A stretch of DNA of 64,000 bases from Eledone cirrhosa (GCA_964016885.1 OZ024741.1:204910001-204974000), one strand, 5' to 3'; counted from the stretch's first letter, positions 1 through 13,284 are shown. The notes: a model not told the origin generated them from the letters alone. Made by a program: numbers and translations.

Positions 1-2959
1 AGACTAACACCTTTTATCAAACACATATTTGTTTTAACCCTTTAGCATTTACATCACTCTATATTTACTATTGTATTTTCACAGTAAAGGCTTTATCTCA
101 CACAATTATCTCATATAATATTGAGTCTACGAGATTTTGATATCATTTATTTTGAGGACAATACCTTAATGTCTATATGAGTGGCTGGTTATGGCCAGTT
201 TGAACAGAAAGAGGTGAGAGAATTCTGGCTAGATATGGCCAGTTGAAATAGATTCATGAACACTAACCTTATCAGATATTTTAGCTGAAAGAAAGGAAAT
301 CAATGATTTATCCTATATGATTTCACAAAAAAAAAAAAAAAAAGAAAGAAAAAATGTCAGCAAAGCTATCTATTCTCAGTTAATAAAGTAAATAAAGTGT
401 TTTCCCATTCATTCATAAAAGCAGCGAATTTCTAAAAATAATACATTGGCAGTGAATTAATTTAAGATTAAATCTTTAGCATTTAAACAGGCTGCACTCG
501 GCCATAATTCTCACCTCTTTCTGTTCAAAATAGCAGTAACTTGCTACTCATATTGATGTTAAGGTATTGTTCTCAAAATAAATAATATCAAAATCTCAGA
601 TTCGATATTATGTAACATAAAGCCTTTACCATGAAAATACAATAGTAAGTATAGAGTAATGAAAATGATAAAGGGTTAAATTCAGTTTATCCAGTTCATC
701 CTTTTGATACTAAACTGCTTGAAACTGCTCCTGGTCCTATAATACAAAGCACTTTTTTAAAAAAATGTTTATATTATCTAAAACCTTTCCATCATAATTT
801 ATGTAAGAACTTTTATGTTCCAAACACCAGCTTAATAATGAGAAAATTAGTTGCTTTATTAAATTTCCCCAAATTAATGTGAAAACCATAAGTAATATCT
901 GAACAAGAATATTATTACTGGTGCAGGGTAGTATATACATTAGTCATGCAAACGCGACATCTAAAACAAGTTGTATTGAACAGAAATGAATGTTTCATAA
1001 AATAAAATAAAATAAAATAATCCTTTTGTGCCATAATCATTTAATGTCTGTTATTCTGTTCTGGCAATAGTTGAATAGGTCTCACAGTAGTCCTAGTATG
1101 TTTTTTTTTTGTGGCATGTTCTGCCTATCTCCAACAATTTTACAGTGTGGACTGGAGGTATATTATCATACCACCAATACTAGGGAGGTTAATTACAAGC
1201 GAGCTAACCTGTGTAAGTTTTTATTTATTTATTATTCAGAGTTACTGTTCTCTAAGACATGTTACCAGCATGTGACTTGTGTAGTACATGTGTTCTATAT
1301 CTATTCCTTGATATTTTTCTTCTTTCTTTTTACATGTAAGACTCAGGTTATCAGCGTACACAACTTCCCATGGACAGTCAATCTTAAATTCTTTTGTTAT
1401 GGCCTAGAGAACTATAGCAAATAGGGGTGGGCTGAAGACAGTGCTTCATGAATATTTACTTGTACATTGAATTCCTCACTAAACTCATTACCTACTCTCA
1501 ATTTACTGACAACATTAATACATTGCTTGCAATACTTTCACAAACCACTAATCTCCACCAGAGTTTCCTTTATAGATAAAAAAAACTGTGATACTCTGTC
1601 AAAGGCCTTCTTCAGATCATCGAAAGCTAAATATAGCAGCTTACTTAGCTAGGAACCTCTCTTCTAGTTGTTTCACTAAAAAGATGGCATTTGTCATTTA
1701 ATATATCTCATTTAATTGGACTCCTTCTCCAATTAGTTGTGCTAGCAATTCTTGTCTTTTTCATAACTCGATCCATCCATTTCATGCTTCATAGTCCTAT
1801 ATAGAGTATCAACATTTCTTTTGTAGCATTCAATGATTATATAGCTACGTCAGTCATAAAATATGACACAATATTGTGCTATCTGATTGACTATGAAGGT
1901 GACTACCTTGAGCCTTACTTCACCAGGGAATTTTAGCATGTCAGTAACACACACACACTCAGAGCATCTATTTTTTCCATGTTGGCATGGGTTCGATGGG
2001 TCTCGCCATTCTTCATAACTCTGTCATCTGGCACATACTGGAACAGAGAAAACTGGTCATCTTGTTCTTTATGCCATGTTTTTATGGCTAGATCTTCTTT
2101 AAGTTCACCACCCACTTTAAAGAGTGGACTGAATGCAATTTATTGTCACTGACACCAGAGAGGAGTCTGAAGCAGGACTAAAATGCCCTCACGGTCCTGT
2201 ATAAATGTTTTTTTTATCTAGAATTATTGTTCTTTAAGATAGGTTTCACCCATTGACATTTTGAAATCTACATCTCCCCTGGTCACTTTTGTGGGCAATC
2301 ACTAAACATTCAAATAACTATTCCATTAACATAGTTTGCTCAAAACATGCTTGAATATGTTTTGATAGATCATGTAGAGCACAGTGCTTCTTGGCACAAA
2401 CAATAGACATTTTTTATTTACTGTGCTAGCATAGGCAGTAAATATCAATTATATTTAGTTAGAGCTACACTAAGACAAAAGTTTTGTCAAAGCAATCAGT
2501 TTTAAAATAATTAATCTATGGTTGTAAAAGTTGTACTTTCTAACATTGGTTAGGGATTAGAAAGTATTTAATAAAAATGTGAAAATATGTTTAACACTTT
2601 AGCATTGAAACCGGCTGTATCGACCAGAATTCTCTCTCCCCTTTCTTTTCAAACTGGCTGCTCATCGCTTTCTCTCTCTCTCTCTATTTATAAAGGTACC
2701 CGGAAAAACCCTGTATTTCAGGAACCCGTGCTCCGAATAAAACTGGTTTTATTCCATTTGTATTCCCATTTCAGGGGCAACCTCTTTTCAAACTATTTTC
2801 CCATTATGCACCATTTTGTCTGTATTAAATTACAGACAAGACACAATCACAGAGTTTTAGTGGTATATAGATTACTCTTTTTTTTTTACTCTTTTACCTG
2901 TTTCAGCCATCCGGCTGAGGCCATGCTGGGGCACCGCCCTTGTTGCTACACATTTTATC

Positions 2960-5900
2960 TCCAGCCTGTATAGGTTGGCCACTGGTGTAAGAGGGAGTTT
3001 GTTGCTGCTGCCCTTAGGTTTCCCTCGTGCCTTGCTGTGGGCTCATCCGGGATCCTGGATAACAAGGTGTCGAGATGTTTCTTGAAGACATCCACCTCCA
3101 CGTCATGCAAATCTCTCAGATCCCTCAGCAGCTTGTTGAAGATTTGAGGGCCCTTGAATCCCAGGCTATTGCAATACCTGCTCCTTATTCTAGATGTGGA
3201 AGACGGAACCTTTGGCACCACATAGTGACGTCCTGTTCGACGGTTGGTCAAGCTCCCAATGCCAAAGTTTGGTGCTAGTCCCTCCAGGATTTTTCCACAT
3301 GTAGATCACTGCGTATCTCTCCCGTCTTCGTTCCAAGGAGTAGAGGTTCAGTTCCTTTAGCCTCTCCCAGTAGCTTGTCTCCTCCATCATGGCAATCCTC
3401 TTGGTGTAGCTTTGCTGGATTGCCTCAAGCTCCGTGGTAAGTTTGACACTATGGGGTGACCACAACTGGGAGCAGTAGTCCAGGCGGCTTAGGACAAATG
3501 TCCTCCATAGTGTCAACATGGTGTCTTGGTCTCTTGTCCGGAAAGTCCTCAAGATCCAGCCAGCGAGTCGTCTGCACATTGTCGCCACTTTCATGATGTG
3601 TGAGGAAAAAGATGCATCATCGCTCATGTCTATGCCCAGGTCTCGTATCAATTTTGACACGGGGATATTGGTCCCTCCTGGTCCTGAGTAGCTGTGTTGT
3701 ACTATATTTGTGTTTGCAGGTTTGTTTGGAGGTTTGTATTGTAGGGCTTGGAATTTGCCAGCATTAAACTGCATGTTGTTTTCTTCCGCCCATTTGTATA
3801 TGGCATCCAGATCTTGTAAAAGGGCAGCGTCAGCTGGGTTTTTGATTGCCTGTGCTACCTTAGTGTCATCAACATAGCTAGTGAGGGATGTTGTCATATG
3901 TACTACAGAGGGCATGTCTGAGAGAGCCACCAAAAACAGTAGTGGTCCCAGGACTGTCCCCTGGGGCACCCCACTTGTTATTGGTGTTTCCTTTGAGAGG
4001 GCCCCATTTGCTACCTGCCTGGCTTCTGTCCTTTAGGAAGTCATGCAGCCACTCACCTACTTTTCCAGTTATGCCGAGTCCGTGTAGTTTGTGACATATC
4101 ATTCCGTGGTCGACCTTGTCAAAGGCCTTCGCAAAGTCAAGATATATCACGTCCACACGTGAGCTGTCTAGTAGTTGTTTCAGTACCCAGTCGTAGTGAT
4201 GTAGCAGCTGTGTAAGGCAGCTTGTTCCTAGGCGGAAGCCCTGTTGTGTGCTAGTCAGGCGGTCATTTTCCTCAAGGAAAGTGATCAGTTTCTTTCTGAC
4301 GACTCGCTCCATGACCTTACTGATATGCGATGTCAGGGAGACTGGTCTATAGTTTTTGGCTTCCGCTCTGCTACCTCCTTTATGGATAGGACATATTGTG
4401 CCTTCTTTCAGCTCCCTGGGTAGTACACCGCTAGCCAAGGAGCTTCTGAAGAGCATCTTCAGCGGAGTTGCTAAGGCCCGTTTACATGTTTTTAAGAGAA
4501 CTGCTTGGGAATCCATCAGGTCCAGCAGCTGAGTCTGTTCTGATTTCATCAATGGCGTACACCACATCCTCCTCCATTATGTCTATGTGGTTGATGGTCG
4601 CCATTTCTTCATGTAGTGTTGTGGCATCAAAGAACTCCTCTGGTTTCATTATTTGCATGTGCCTCAGTGGACATGTGAACACACTTTTGTACTGTTCGAT
4701 CAGTATTTCACATATCTCTTGGGGGTTTTCAGTTATTGAACCATCCGTATGGAAGAGTGGCCCAATCTTGCAGTGTACCGAGGCAGTTTCTTTTGCAAAT
4801 TTAAAGAAGGCCTTAGGGTTAGTTTTAATGTTTTCTATGGCCCTGTTCTCATGGGAAAGCTTGAGTGCAATCTCGGTGCCAAGTAGTGCACATTTCAAAT
4901 AGGATTCCTTCTTGTTTTTGTTTTGTTGACTATTCAACTGGTTTGAGAGCTTGGTTCTACGTCTCATAAGGATTTTCCTATCTCTGGGAATAAGATTTTT
5001 GTGTCTGTTTGCCTTTTTCTCCGGGACAAACTTTTTGCATATAGTGTGTATCGTTGTCATGAAGTGTTGAAATTGTGTGTTAGTGTCTTGTGTGGCGGTG
5101 TTTTCACTCCATGTTTGCTTCCGGATTTCTCTCTTAATCTTTTTCCAGTTAGCCTTGTAGAAGTTAAGGCTGGATAACGTCCCGGAGCTTCTTGGTGGTT
5201 TTGTCTGTTGGTTCTCTCGGACCACATATCATTAGCTCTACTAAGTTATGATCCGAGAGAATTGTTGGTGTCACTTTTACATTGTGGATGAGTACTTCGT
5301 TGTTTGTAAAACAGAGGTCCAGGACATTTTCGCCTCTTGTTGGGAGGAGTATTGCTTGCTCCATGAACAGCCTGTGTGTGAGGGCCAGCAGGGATTCCGT
5401 CTGTCTCTGTTCTATTGACGTCATTCCAGGGAGGAGGTGCCCCTCAGGCCATTTGACCTTTGGTAGGTTGAAGTCTCCCAGCAGTAGAATGTTGAGACCC
5501 TGGTCCAGTTTGTCAAGGACCTTTTCTATCCTACTTAGGCTACCCTCATGACTGGGGGCATCGGTCGGCCGATATGTGACACATATTACTGTCTGTAGTT
5601 GCTTCATATGTACTATCAGTGTGTCACAGACTGAGTTTGAATGTGTCAACAGTACAATTGGTGTGACATCTTCACGGATATACAGAGCAACCCCACCATG
5701 AGTTCTCTCCTTCCTGTCCGAACGAAATACAGTATATTTCGGTATATGTATTTCTGCATCTGCTATACTGCTTGTCAGGTGCGTTTCGGTTAGTGCCATG
5801 CATAATGCTTGATTGCTTATGGCCAAGTCTCCCAGGTAGGAAATTTTACTTATGTTACTGAGTTTCACCAGGCCTCTGACATTCAGCAGCAGCACTGGTG

Positions 5901-6120
5901 TTACTTTTGGGGTGCCAGTAATGGCTGTCGGTATGACACCTGGTCTGGTGTCAGCGGTGGCCACTCTGGGTCCCTTAGCTGTGGTGGTCTCTAGTGCTGG
6001 TGTGGGTGACCCTGGCCCTGGAAACGATGCAGCCAGGTCAGCTGTCCCACAATCTTCTCTGCCATCACTAAAAAATGTTCTGCTCTGCTGCTGCCATTTG
6101 TATCTCGTCGGCATGTGCAT
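2960..6120 (-). mobile_element. CR1/L2-group LINE, near-complete frameshifted ORF2 (APE endonuclease + RT)
   Basis: Overlapping ORFs carry LNVRGL, TETHL, GDFNLP, SDHNLV (APE) and NYRPVSLTS, YLDFAKAFDKVDH, PQGTVLGPLLF, YVDD, ERRRERY (RT and C-terminus). Confidence 0.92.
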
Positions 6121-6205
6121 GCCTTTATATATTTTTTTTAAATCTCTTCAATTTATTTACTGTATTGACTATGATTCTTGTGTTTCTTTGGGACTCTTAT
6201 CATCC

Positions 6206-6263
6206 AAGTCCTGATGATGCTTTAGAATTATGTTACTATTGAGATGAAACGCATGTAGACATT
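6206..6263 (+). ncRNA. Hammerhead motif with degenerate stem II
   Basis: gtc CTGATGA ... GAAAC gcat GTA gac; stem I gtc/gac. Confidence 0.55.
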
Positions 6264-6727
6264 AAAGCAATAATATGAAGTACCTATTTGGTACTTATTG
6301 ATTTAAAACAATATATATATATACTTGTAACTATATATATATACATATATATATAAACTTCTGGGTCTGTGCCATCAAAAATGGTGGCAATAGCATTGAA
6401 CATATTCAATTTTTGGAGACCATGATTGGAATCTCTTATATACCAGAATTACTAAATATATAAACAATCATAAAAATTGTGAAATTTGCATTTTGATAAA
6501 TTATTTACATAAGACAAACCCTATAGTTTATTTTGATTACTTACATGTGGAAGTGATTAATAAGAATATTTTGATAATGTATTTTTAAGGTATAATTACA
6601 CAAATGTCCAACATATATGTACATATGACATACAGGATTAAATGTATGTGTATCTATTTGCAAGAACAAATTATATATATATATCAATGATATTAATAAA
6701 TGGAAACTATCTTTATAAAACCATATT

Positions 6728-6788
6728 TATTTTATTATATATATTTCAAGGGTACCAACATTTTGGTATGCTCTCATCAGATAAAATA
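6728..6788 (-). ncRNA. Minimal type-I hammerhead ribozyme motif (left arm of inverted repeat)
   Basis: Reverse complement reads tattttat CTGATGA gagcataccaa aatg ttggtaccctt GAAA T atat A TA ataaaata: 8-bp stem I and intact core. Confidence 0.75.
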
Positions 6789-6854
6789 CAAAAAGAACTT
6801 ATCGTTTTAAGTTCTTGTTTTTTGGATATGTCAATATTTATGAAACAATTTTTG

Positions 6855-6915
6855 TATTTTATCTGATGAGAGAGTACCAAAATGTTGGTACCCTTGAAAT
6901 ATATATAATAAAATA
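6855..6915 (+). ncRNA. Minimal type-I hammerhead ribozyme motif (right arm of inverted repeat)
   Basis: tattttat CTGATGA gagagtaccaa aatg ttggtaccctt GAAA T atat A TA ataaaata; predicted AUA cleavage after 6907. Confidence 0.8.
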
Positions 6916-7619
6916 AATATGGTTTTATAAAGATAGTTTCCATTTATTAATATCATTGATAATATACTCGAGAAGAAAACTGTGGAGTACTTTGAATCTG
7001 TTATAAATAAATTTGTTGAATAACCAACAAATTAAATATTTCTTTGCTTATATATATATATATATATAAATATATATATCAGAGTTTTGTAGCTTGCTTG
7101 AAACATTGTTGAATAGGAAACACAAATTTAAATAATTTTGAAAACCAAACAATGCATTAGAAAGAACATTAAATTGCCAAGATAACAAAAGAATCTTACC
7201 TTAGCAAATTTAATGATCCCAAATATTTTCAGGTTTAAAACCCATTATCAAGGGAGTAACCCTATGAGAGACTTAAAAAATCGATCGGTTGACTTGCTTG
7301 TTTGGAGAGCAGATTTAAGTTAAATGAAATGAAAAGACATTAAAATTTCAAACGTGTGTGTTGTGAAATGTATGATATATACATGTGTGTGCGTGAATGT
7401 GTGCTTAGTGGGAAGTTTGTATGTGTGTGTGCATGAATGTAAGTTTATGTAGTGAAAGGTGTGCGCGAATATGTATATAACAAAACGGGAAAAATATGTG
7501 CGATATATGTGTGTGTGTGTAAGTCTAAGTGTGTTTGCCTAGTAAGGACATAGATTTAATTTGAAAAAAGAACGAAAGAATGAAACTGGCTGCTGGGATG
7601 TTGGAATACAGGCTTTTAA

Positions 7620-7870
7620 ATTAGACATTCTGGTGCACTTCTTTCCATTCAATTATTGATCCTAGGTTTTAATTATTTGATCAAGAAAGCTTCCTTAATT
7701 TTCAGTGTGCCTATACTGCGTTCAGCAGCTGAGATTGTGGTGGTGATGCTGTCCCAGTTTCCATATTTGATGATGCGTTTGTGGAAGGAAGAGGAGTTGG
7801 TGTTAACATGCTCTTTAATATGGAGATGTAAGAGTCGAATAGTTTTGCCTATGTAAAATAAATATAAGAT
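7620..7870 (-). mobile_element. Penelope-like element GIY-YIG endonuclease remnant
   Basis: Minus-strand translation YIGKTIRLLHLHIKEH resembles the YIG.T.R.L..R..EH motif. Confidence 0.55.
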
Positions 7871-8105
7871 TTTTTTTTAAATGTCTAATATCAAAGAAGT
7901 TAATCATTTGAATAAGGGAGGAGTGATCGTTCCATTATTTAAGGAGAGATCTTTCCATTATTTAAACAATTAACTTCTTTGATTTTAGAATGTATTTTAA
8001 TTCTGTTTCGGTCCTTCGAATGATAAGTGGTATGGTTTGCCTTTCATGTTTTTTAGTCCCCACTATCAGTGACATGTATTTTTGAATTTTACGTTTATTT
8101 TCTTT

Positions 8106-8233
8106 TTGGTTCTGAAGATGATGTCAGTTCTTAGTTCAGTTCTATTATCATCTGTTCTTATTGATTATATAATCAATCATTTTTATTTTATGAACTGAAT
8201 TTTGATCAGATTTCTGAAACAATTGTAAACCAA
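8106..8233 (+). ncRNA. Hammerhead motif with long branched stem II
   Basis: ttggtt CTGAAGA [97 nt including ttcagttc/gaactgaa and an attgattatataatcaat hairpin] GAAAC aatt GTA aaccaa. Confidence 0.7.
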
Positions 8234-9388
8234 TAAATATGTTTGTTCAAGAATTTGGTACTGTATTCTCTAACAATTAATTTATATATATAGAGAGACA
8301 CATATATACATAAATACATATTTATATACATATATTTATTTATATATATACACACATATACACATACACACACACACACATATATATATATATACATGGT
8401 GGCTGCCAACTCATTTTCGAGTACGGCCACTACTTTATATCCATGTAGGAGAACTCATACCGATGCGCTGAACAAGAGTTACTTTTTAGTCCAGCCAGCA
8501 ACTTGAAAACTCTGGTACAAACACTACACTAGTGACATATAGTGCTGGGCCCATGGTACCATGTGATGACAAGTGCAGAGAGATCTCCAGATATAAAGCA
8601 ATGTGCCGTGAAGCTTTTATAGTGAGCAAAGGCACTGCACAAAGCCAGTCCCACTCTCTTAACTAAGATGATATTTACCAAAAAGAAGAACAAGTCAACA
8701 TCATTGGATACCATCAGGGTTGCAGGTGTTATATCAGAGTTTTCCTTCTCCTAGAATTCTGCCTTGACAAAGGTCATCTCTCCTGGTGATTTTGGATGGC
8801 CATTGACTCTTAAGAGCTCCTTTGCCCTATATATACATACACATATATATACACATACATATATATACACACACACATATATACATATATATATATATAC
8901 ACACACACACATATATATACACACACACGCATATATATATATATATACACATAGATACGTGTATCCCGAGTCCAATCGGGGGTAACCACAGTAAGTAAGG
9001 TACTAAATACATAGCAGAGTATACATTTTTAATGGCTTCTACAGGACTAGAACTGTTTGAAATCATCAGGGCTTTCCTGATGATTTCCTTCGAATGAAAA
9101 AGTTCTAGTCCTGTAGAAGCCATTAAAAATATATGTACGCACACACACACACACATATATATATAAATAATGCAAGAAGCAAAGATAATTTCAGTGATAT
9201 GAAAAGATTTCCTGGTGGAAGTTCAGGTAAACTCCGGCTATATATCCAGTTTCAGAGTGAAAATCCAACGGATATGAGAGCTCCACGAATGCGTTGATAT
9301 ATATGAATGGACCTGTTGTTTTCATCTAAAGACATTTTTTCCAGTTCTACCCCGCCCATCCCTTCAATCTATCTAATTTCTCATTTTT

Positions 9389-9424
9389 TCTTCTGATGAA
9401 GGACCAGCGTCCGAAAAGTTAAGA
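9389..9424 (+). ncRNA. Compact hammerhead motif with a stem III mutation
   Basis: tctt CTGATGA a ggac cagc gtcc GAAA agtt aaga. Confidence 0.55.
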
Positions 9425-9533
9425 CCCTCATCCTGCTATTTCAAGCGTTAACCTAATATATTCCTTCCATTTACTGTATCGATTGTGTTGTTATTTCTGT
9501 TTACCTTTTAAATATATTTATACACACACACAC

Positions 9534-9564
<31 letters not shown>

Positions 9565-9886
9565 AATATATATATATAATTGTGGGTAATATTAAATATT
9601 ATCCAATTACAAGTATGAGAATAGCTCAATGTAAAATAACAAGTATATTACAGAGCCAAAATACTTTATAAAAACAATCAAAAAGTGATTAAAACATCTA
9701 ATCACTTACAATTGTTTCATCCTAGCACAAGGCCGGTTCATCGGAGTATATAATAAAGGTTGAAACAGAAATATAATAGATAAATGTTTGATACTTATGC
9801 TTACATCCCATATTATGTATCCTCCTAATTTTCTTATGACAAACTTCTGATATTATATTTGTTTCAACCTTTATTATATACTCTGA

Positions 9887-10072
9887 AGGGCGGTGGATTG
9901 GCAGTATCGGTAGAGGGTCGGACGCCATGCTTTCCAGCATAGTTACGTCCCTTTACGATCTGAGTTCAAATCCCGCCGAAGTTGACTTTGCCTTTCATCC
10001 TTATGGGGTCGATAAAATAAAGTACCAGTAATGCACTGGTTAATTGCTGGCCTTGTGCCTAAAGTAGAAACA
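9887..10072 (+). mobile_element. tRNA-derived SINE (family A) with a 14-bp TSD
   Basis: A/B-box-like head (tggcagtatcggt...gagttcaaatcc), gcctttcatcc core; TSD ATTATATACTCTGA at 9873-9886 and 10073-10086. Confidence 0.85.
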
Positions 10073-10184
10073 ATTATATACTCTGATGATTCCGCCTTTG
10101 TGCTAGGATGAAACGATCGCAAGTGATAAAGTGCTTTAAACACACTTTGATTGTTATTTATAAAGTACATATATATACATATAT

Positions 10185-10215
<31 letters not shown>

Positions 10216-10270
10216 TATATACACACACACACACACACACATATATACACACACATATATATATATATAT

Positions 10271-10831
10271 AAAGCTGTAGTTTTCTGTATGTGTGTGTGG
10301 ACAATTTTTAATGAGGGCTCATATATTCTAAACCATTCATGCAATTTCTTTGAAATTTTTTAGAGCTTCTCCTTGCACAAAACCTGTACATGATCTACAA
10401 AGGCTTTCAAAAATCGATATTGGGGCCTTTGGAGACATTAAAAAAGTTTCGGTTATTTGTGTGAATTTTCGTGATTAAGTAAGACAAGAGTTATCTTGCG
10501 TAATTCGGCTCATTCGGATTTTAATTATTGTACTTGAAACAAAGAGACTAACAATATCATTTTGGATATTTCACAACCAGCAATTTTTAACAGATTACTA
10601 AGTTAAGTTATAGATTTGACATTGTATAATTTATCGTTTCAAGCTTGATGTTCATACATTAAGTGATATCATAACTTTTACAATATTATGCTTTTCGCTG
10701 GAATAGTGCCTAAGATGTTCATGTTTACATAAAGTACGTTTTTCTTCTATGTATTCAAATTTACTTTGTTTAGTTTAATGAGCTATATCGAAAGCTACTT
10801 GAACCGTCCAAAAGGCGAGTAGTTTAGCTAG
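10271..10831 (+). mobile_element. Non-autonomous Helitron-like element
   Basis: Sits in a TA tract, has a 5' (tg)n block, and ends in a short hairpin (cgtcc aaaa ggcg) followed by CTAG. Confidence 0.45.
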
Positions 10832-10904
10832 TATATATATAATATACATATATAGATGTATATGTCTAACCCATGCTATATACATATCCACACATCATAT
10901 ATAC

Positions 10905-11650
10905 ATCATCACCATCATTTAACGTCCATCTTCCACGTTAGCATGGATTAGACAGTTTTGTTCCATTTGATGCGGGAATGGTCGGAGACCGTGTCTTGCT
11001 CGTACGGAAGTGTCTCTGGCAGGTTTTTACGGCTGGATGACCTTCCTAACACCAACCACATTTAGTGTAGACTGGGAGCCTTTTTACCAAGTCTCCAACA
11101 CAATGGAAATGGGAGGATGGTGTGTGGGGTGAGGGGGTATGTTGGGTTAAGCGGTGCCTACTGACTCTGTAGGTTTGTATGCAAGGGAAGGCAGGTCTTC
11201 TGTATAACTGCATGGTACCAAAGATCTCGATCCAGTGACATTAGAGAGGTGTAAGTGAGCAAGGTCAGTTTTTATCACCTCGTCCCAGCTTTTCTTGGTC
11301 TACCCACTCTGTAGCTTCCATCAATTTTCATTGCCCTGAACTTTTTTATACAGCTGTTGTCCTTCATACACATCACATAGCCATACCAACGCAACCTCCT
11401 CTCCAGAACACAACATTTGATAGCTCTTATGCTTAATTGATTACCTTAATTTGTTTATGCTTCGCCGTTCGTGCACATTACTATTATACATCCATCGGAG
11501 CATGCAAGCTTCATTTCTTTCTAATCTACCCAAGTCTTCAGCACACAACGCCCAGGTCTCACTACCATGTAATATCGCCATTCGTATACAAGCATCATAC
11601 AATCTGCCTTTCACTTTTAGAAAAAAACCCTTTGTGGCCAACAGCGGTAT
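10905..11650 (-). mobile_element. RTE LINE 3' fragment with (GAT)n tail
   Basis: KGRLYDACIR..ILHGSETW...MLRWM; terminal catcat run on the + strand. Confidence 0.8.
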
Positions 11651-11654
11651 TAGT

Positions 11655-12511
11655 ACTGATAAGTAGGAAAGAGGACAAGGCTGATTCCATCAGGGAAATG
11701 GCCATGCTTGATATTTAGAAAAGGAGTTGGCATAAACTCTATAGAATGTACACAATGATGATCTTGGGTACATAAGAGGTGTAGTGGGATAGCAGGCAAA
11801 CTAACAGGAAAAGAAAACGTCATGTTCAGAGAAAATTGATGGTTGAAGAGTCAGTGATAGGCACATTTTTCAAATGCAGGTACAATCTATAGAGTTAGTT
11901 GATAGCTTCCAATATCTAGGTGATCAAATTAGCAAGGGAGGATGATGCTCTGAGGTCATAGTATCTAGAATAAGGACAGGATGGAAGAAGTTTAGGGAGC
12001 TGCTTCCTCTGTTGATGACGGGTTTTTCCCTGTAAACAAAAGGTTTGTTTTATGATGCGTGTATGAGATGCACAAAGCTGCATGGTTGTAGGACATGGGC
12101 AGCAACTATGGAGAATATGCGGAGGTTAGAGAGAAATGAAGCAAGCATGCTTTGATGGATGTGCAATGTCAATGCGCGTGAACGACCAAGCATGGACGAG
12201 TTAAGAGTGAAACTGAGTATAAGAGGAATAAACTGTAGTGTGCAGAAGAGAAGACTGCGTTGGTATGGCCATGTGATGTGCATGGATGATGACCACTGGG
12301 TGAAGAAGTGCCAAGTAATCCCAGTGGAAGGAAGACGCAGTAGAGGAAGGCCTTGAAAAACATGGGCGTAGGTTGTAAGAGCTGACCTTAGATCACTGAA
12401 ACTTACAGAGGAGATGATGAAGGACTCTGATAAATTGAGAGTTGCTGTGCTGAAGAGGACCCGTCCCATCCTTACAAGCAGGGAAAAGCGGGCGGAAAAT
12501 GATGATGATGA
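11655..12511 (+). mobile_element. RTE LINE 3' fragment
   Basis: WVHKRCSG-type finger region, RRLRWYGHV, GRRSRGRP, gat tail. Confidence 0.85.
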
Positions 12512-13030
12512 TATATATATATATATATATATACATTGCCAAATACAAGTTCACATCAAATTTTGATTTACAAATGTTTCATCCACTTAGGATTTATCAA
12601 AACCAATCATTTTATGAACAATTACCTCAACACATTTATCTTTTCAAATGCACCAAAAAACATGTCGAATTTTTGTTTACATTTTAAAAACCGCCATTAG
12701 TTGTTTAATATAAACTTTTTTGTCTGGCACTGGTATGCACTTAAGAGAAATATAATTTGTAATTGTTCATAAAATGATTTTAATGAATAATTTGCTCCAC
12801 GCGTAATTATTTTAACACAATAGGTATTCGTACACACACTTCTTCGAAAAAAAAATTTTTTTTAAGGAAGCATGATATGTAACCTTTATATACAGTTTAT
12901 TATAATAAATTACCGTATTTTAAGCTGATATAAGTTCTCCACCTACTTCTTTCCAGATTTTATATTTGAAAATGAAGTTTTTATATAGATATATGTATGT
13001 GTATGTGTATATATATACACACACACACAT

Positions 13031-13061
<31 letters not shown>

Positions 13062-13284
13062 AAAAAAGGATCGATTGACTTTCGTCAAATCGGACCGAGG
13101 AAACAATGTTTCCGGCGGTCTTTCCAGTTGCTAGTACTATCTATCGGTCGCAACTCCATGTAGAAGGAGTAACGTGAAATAAAGTGTCTTGCTCAAGGAC
13201 ATAACGCATTGCCCGGTCCACAAATCAAACTCACAACCTCAAGATTGTGAATCCAATTCTCTAACCACTCAGCCACACGCCTTC

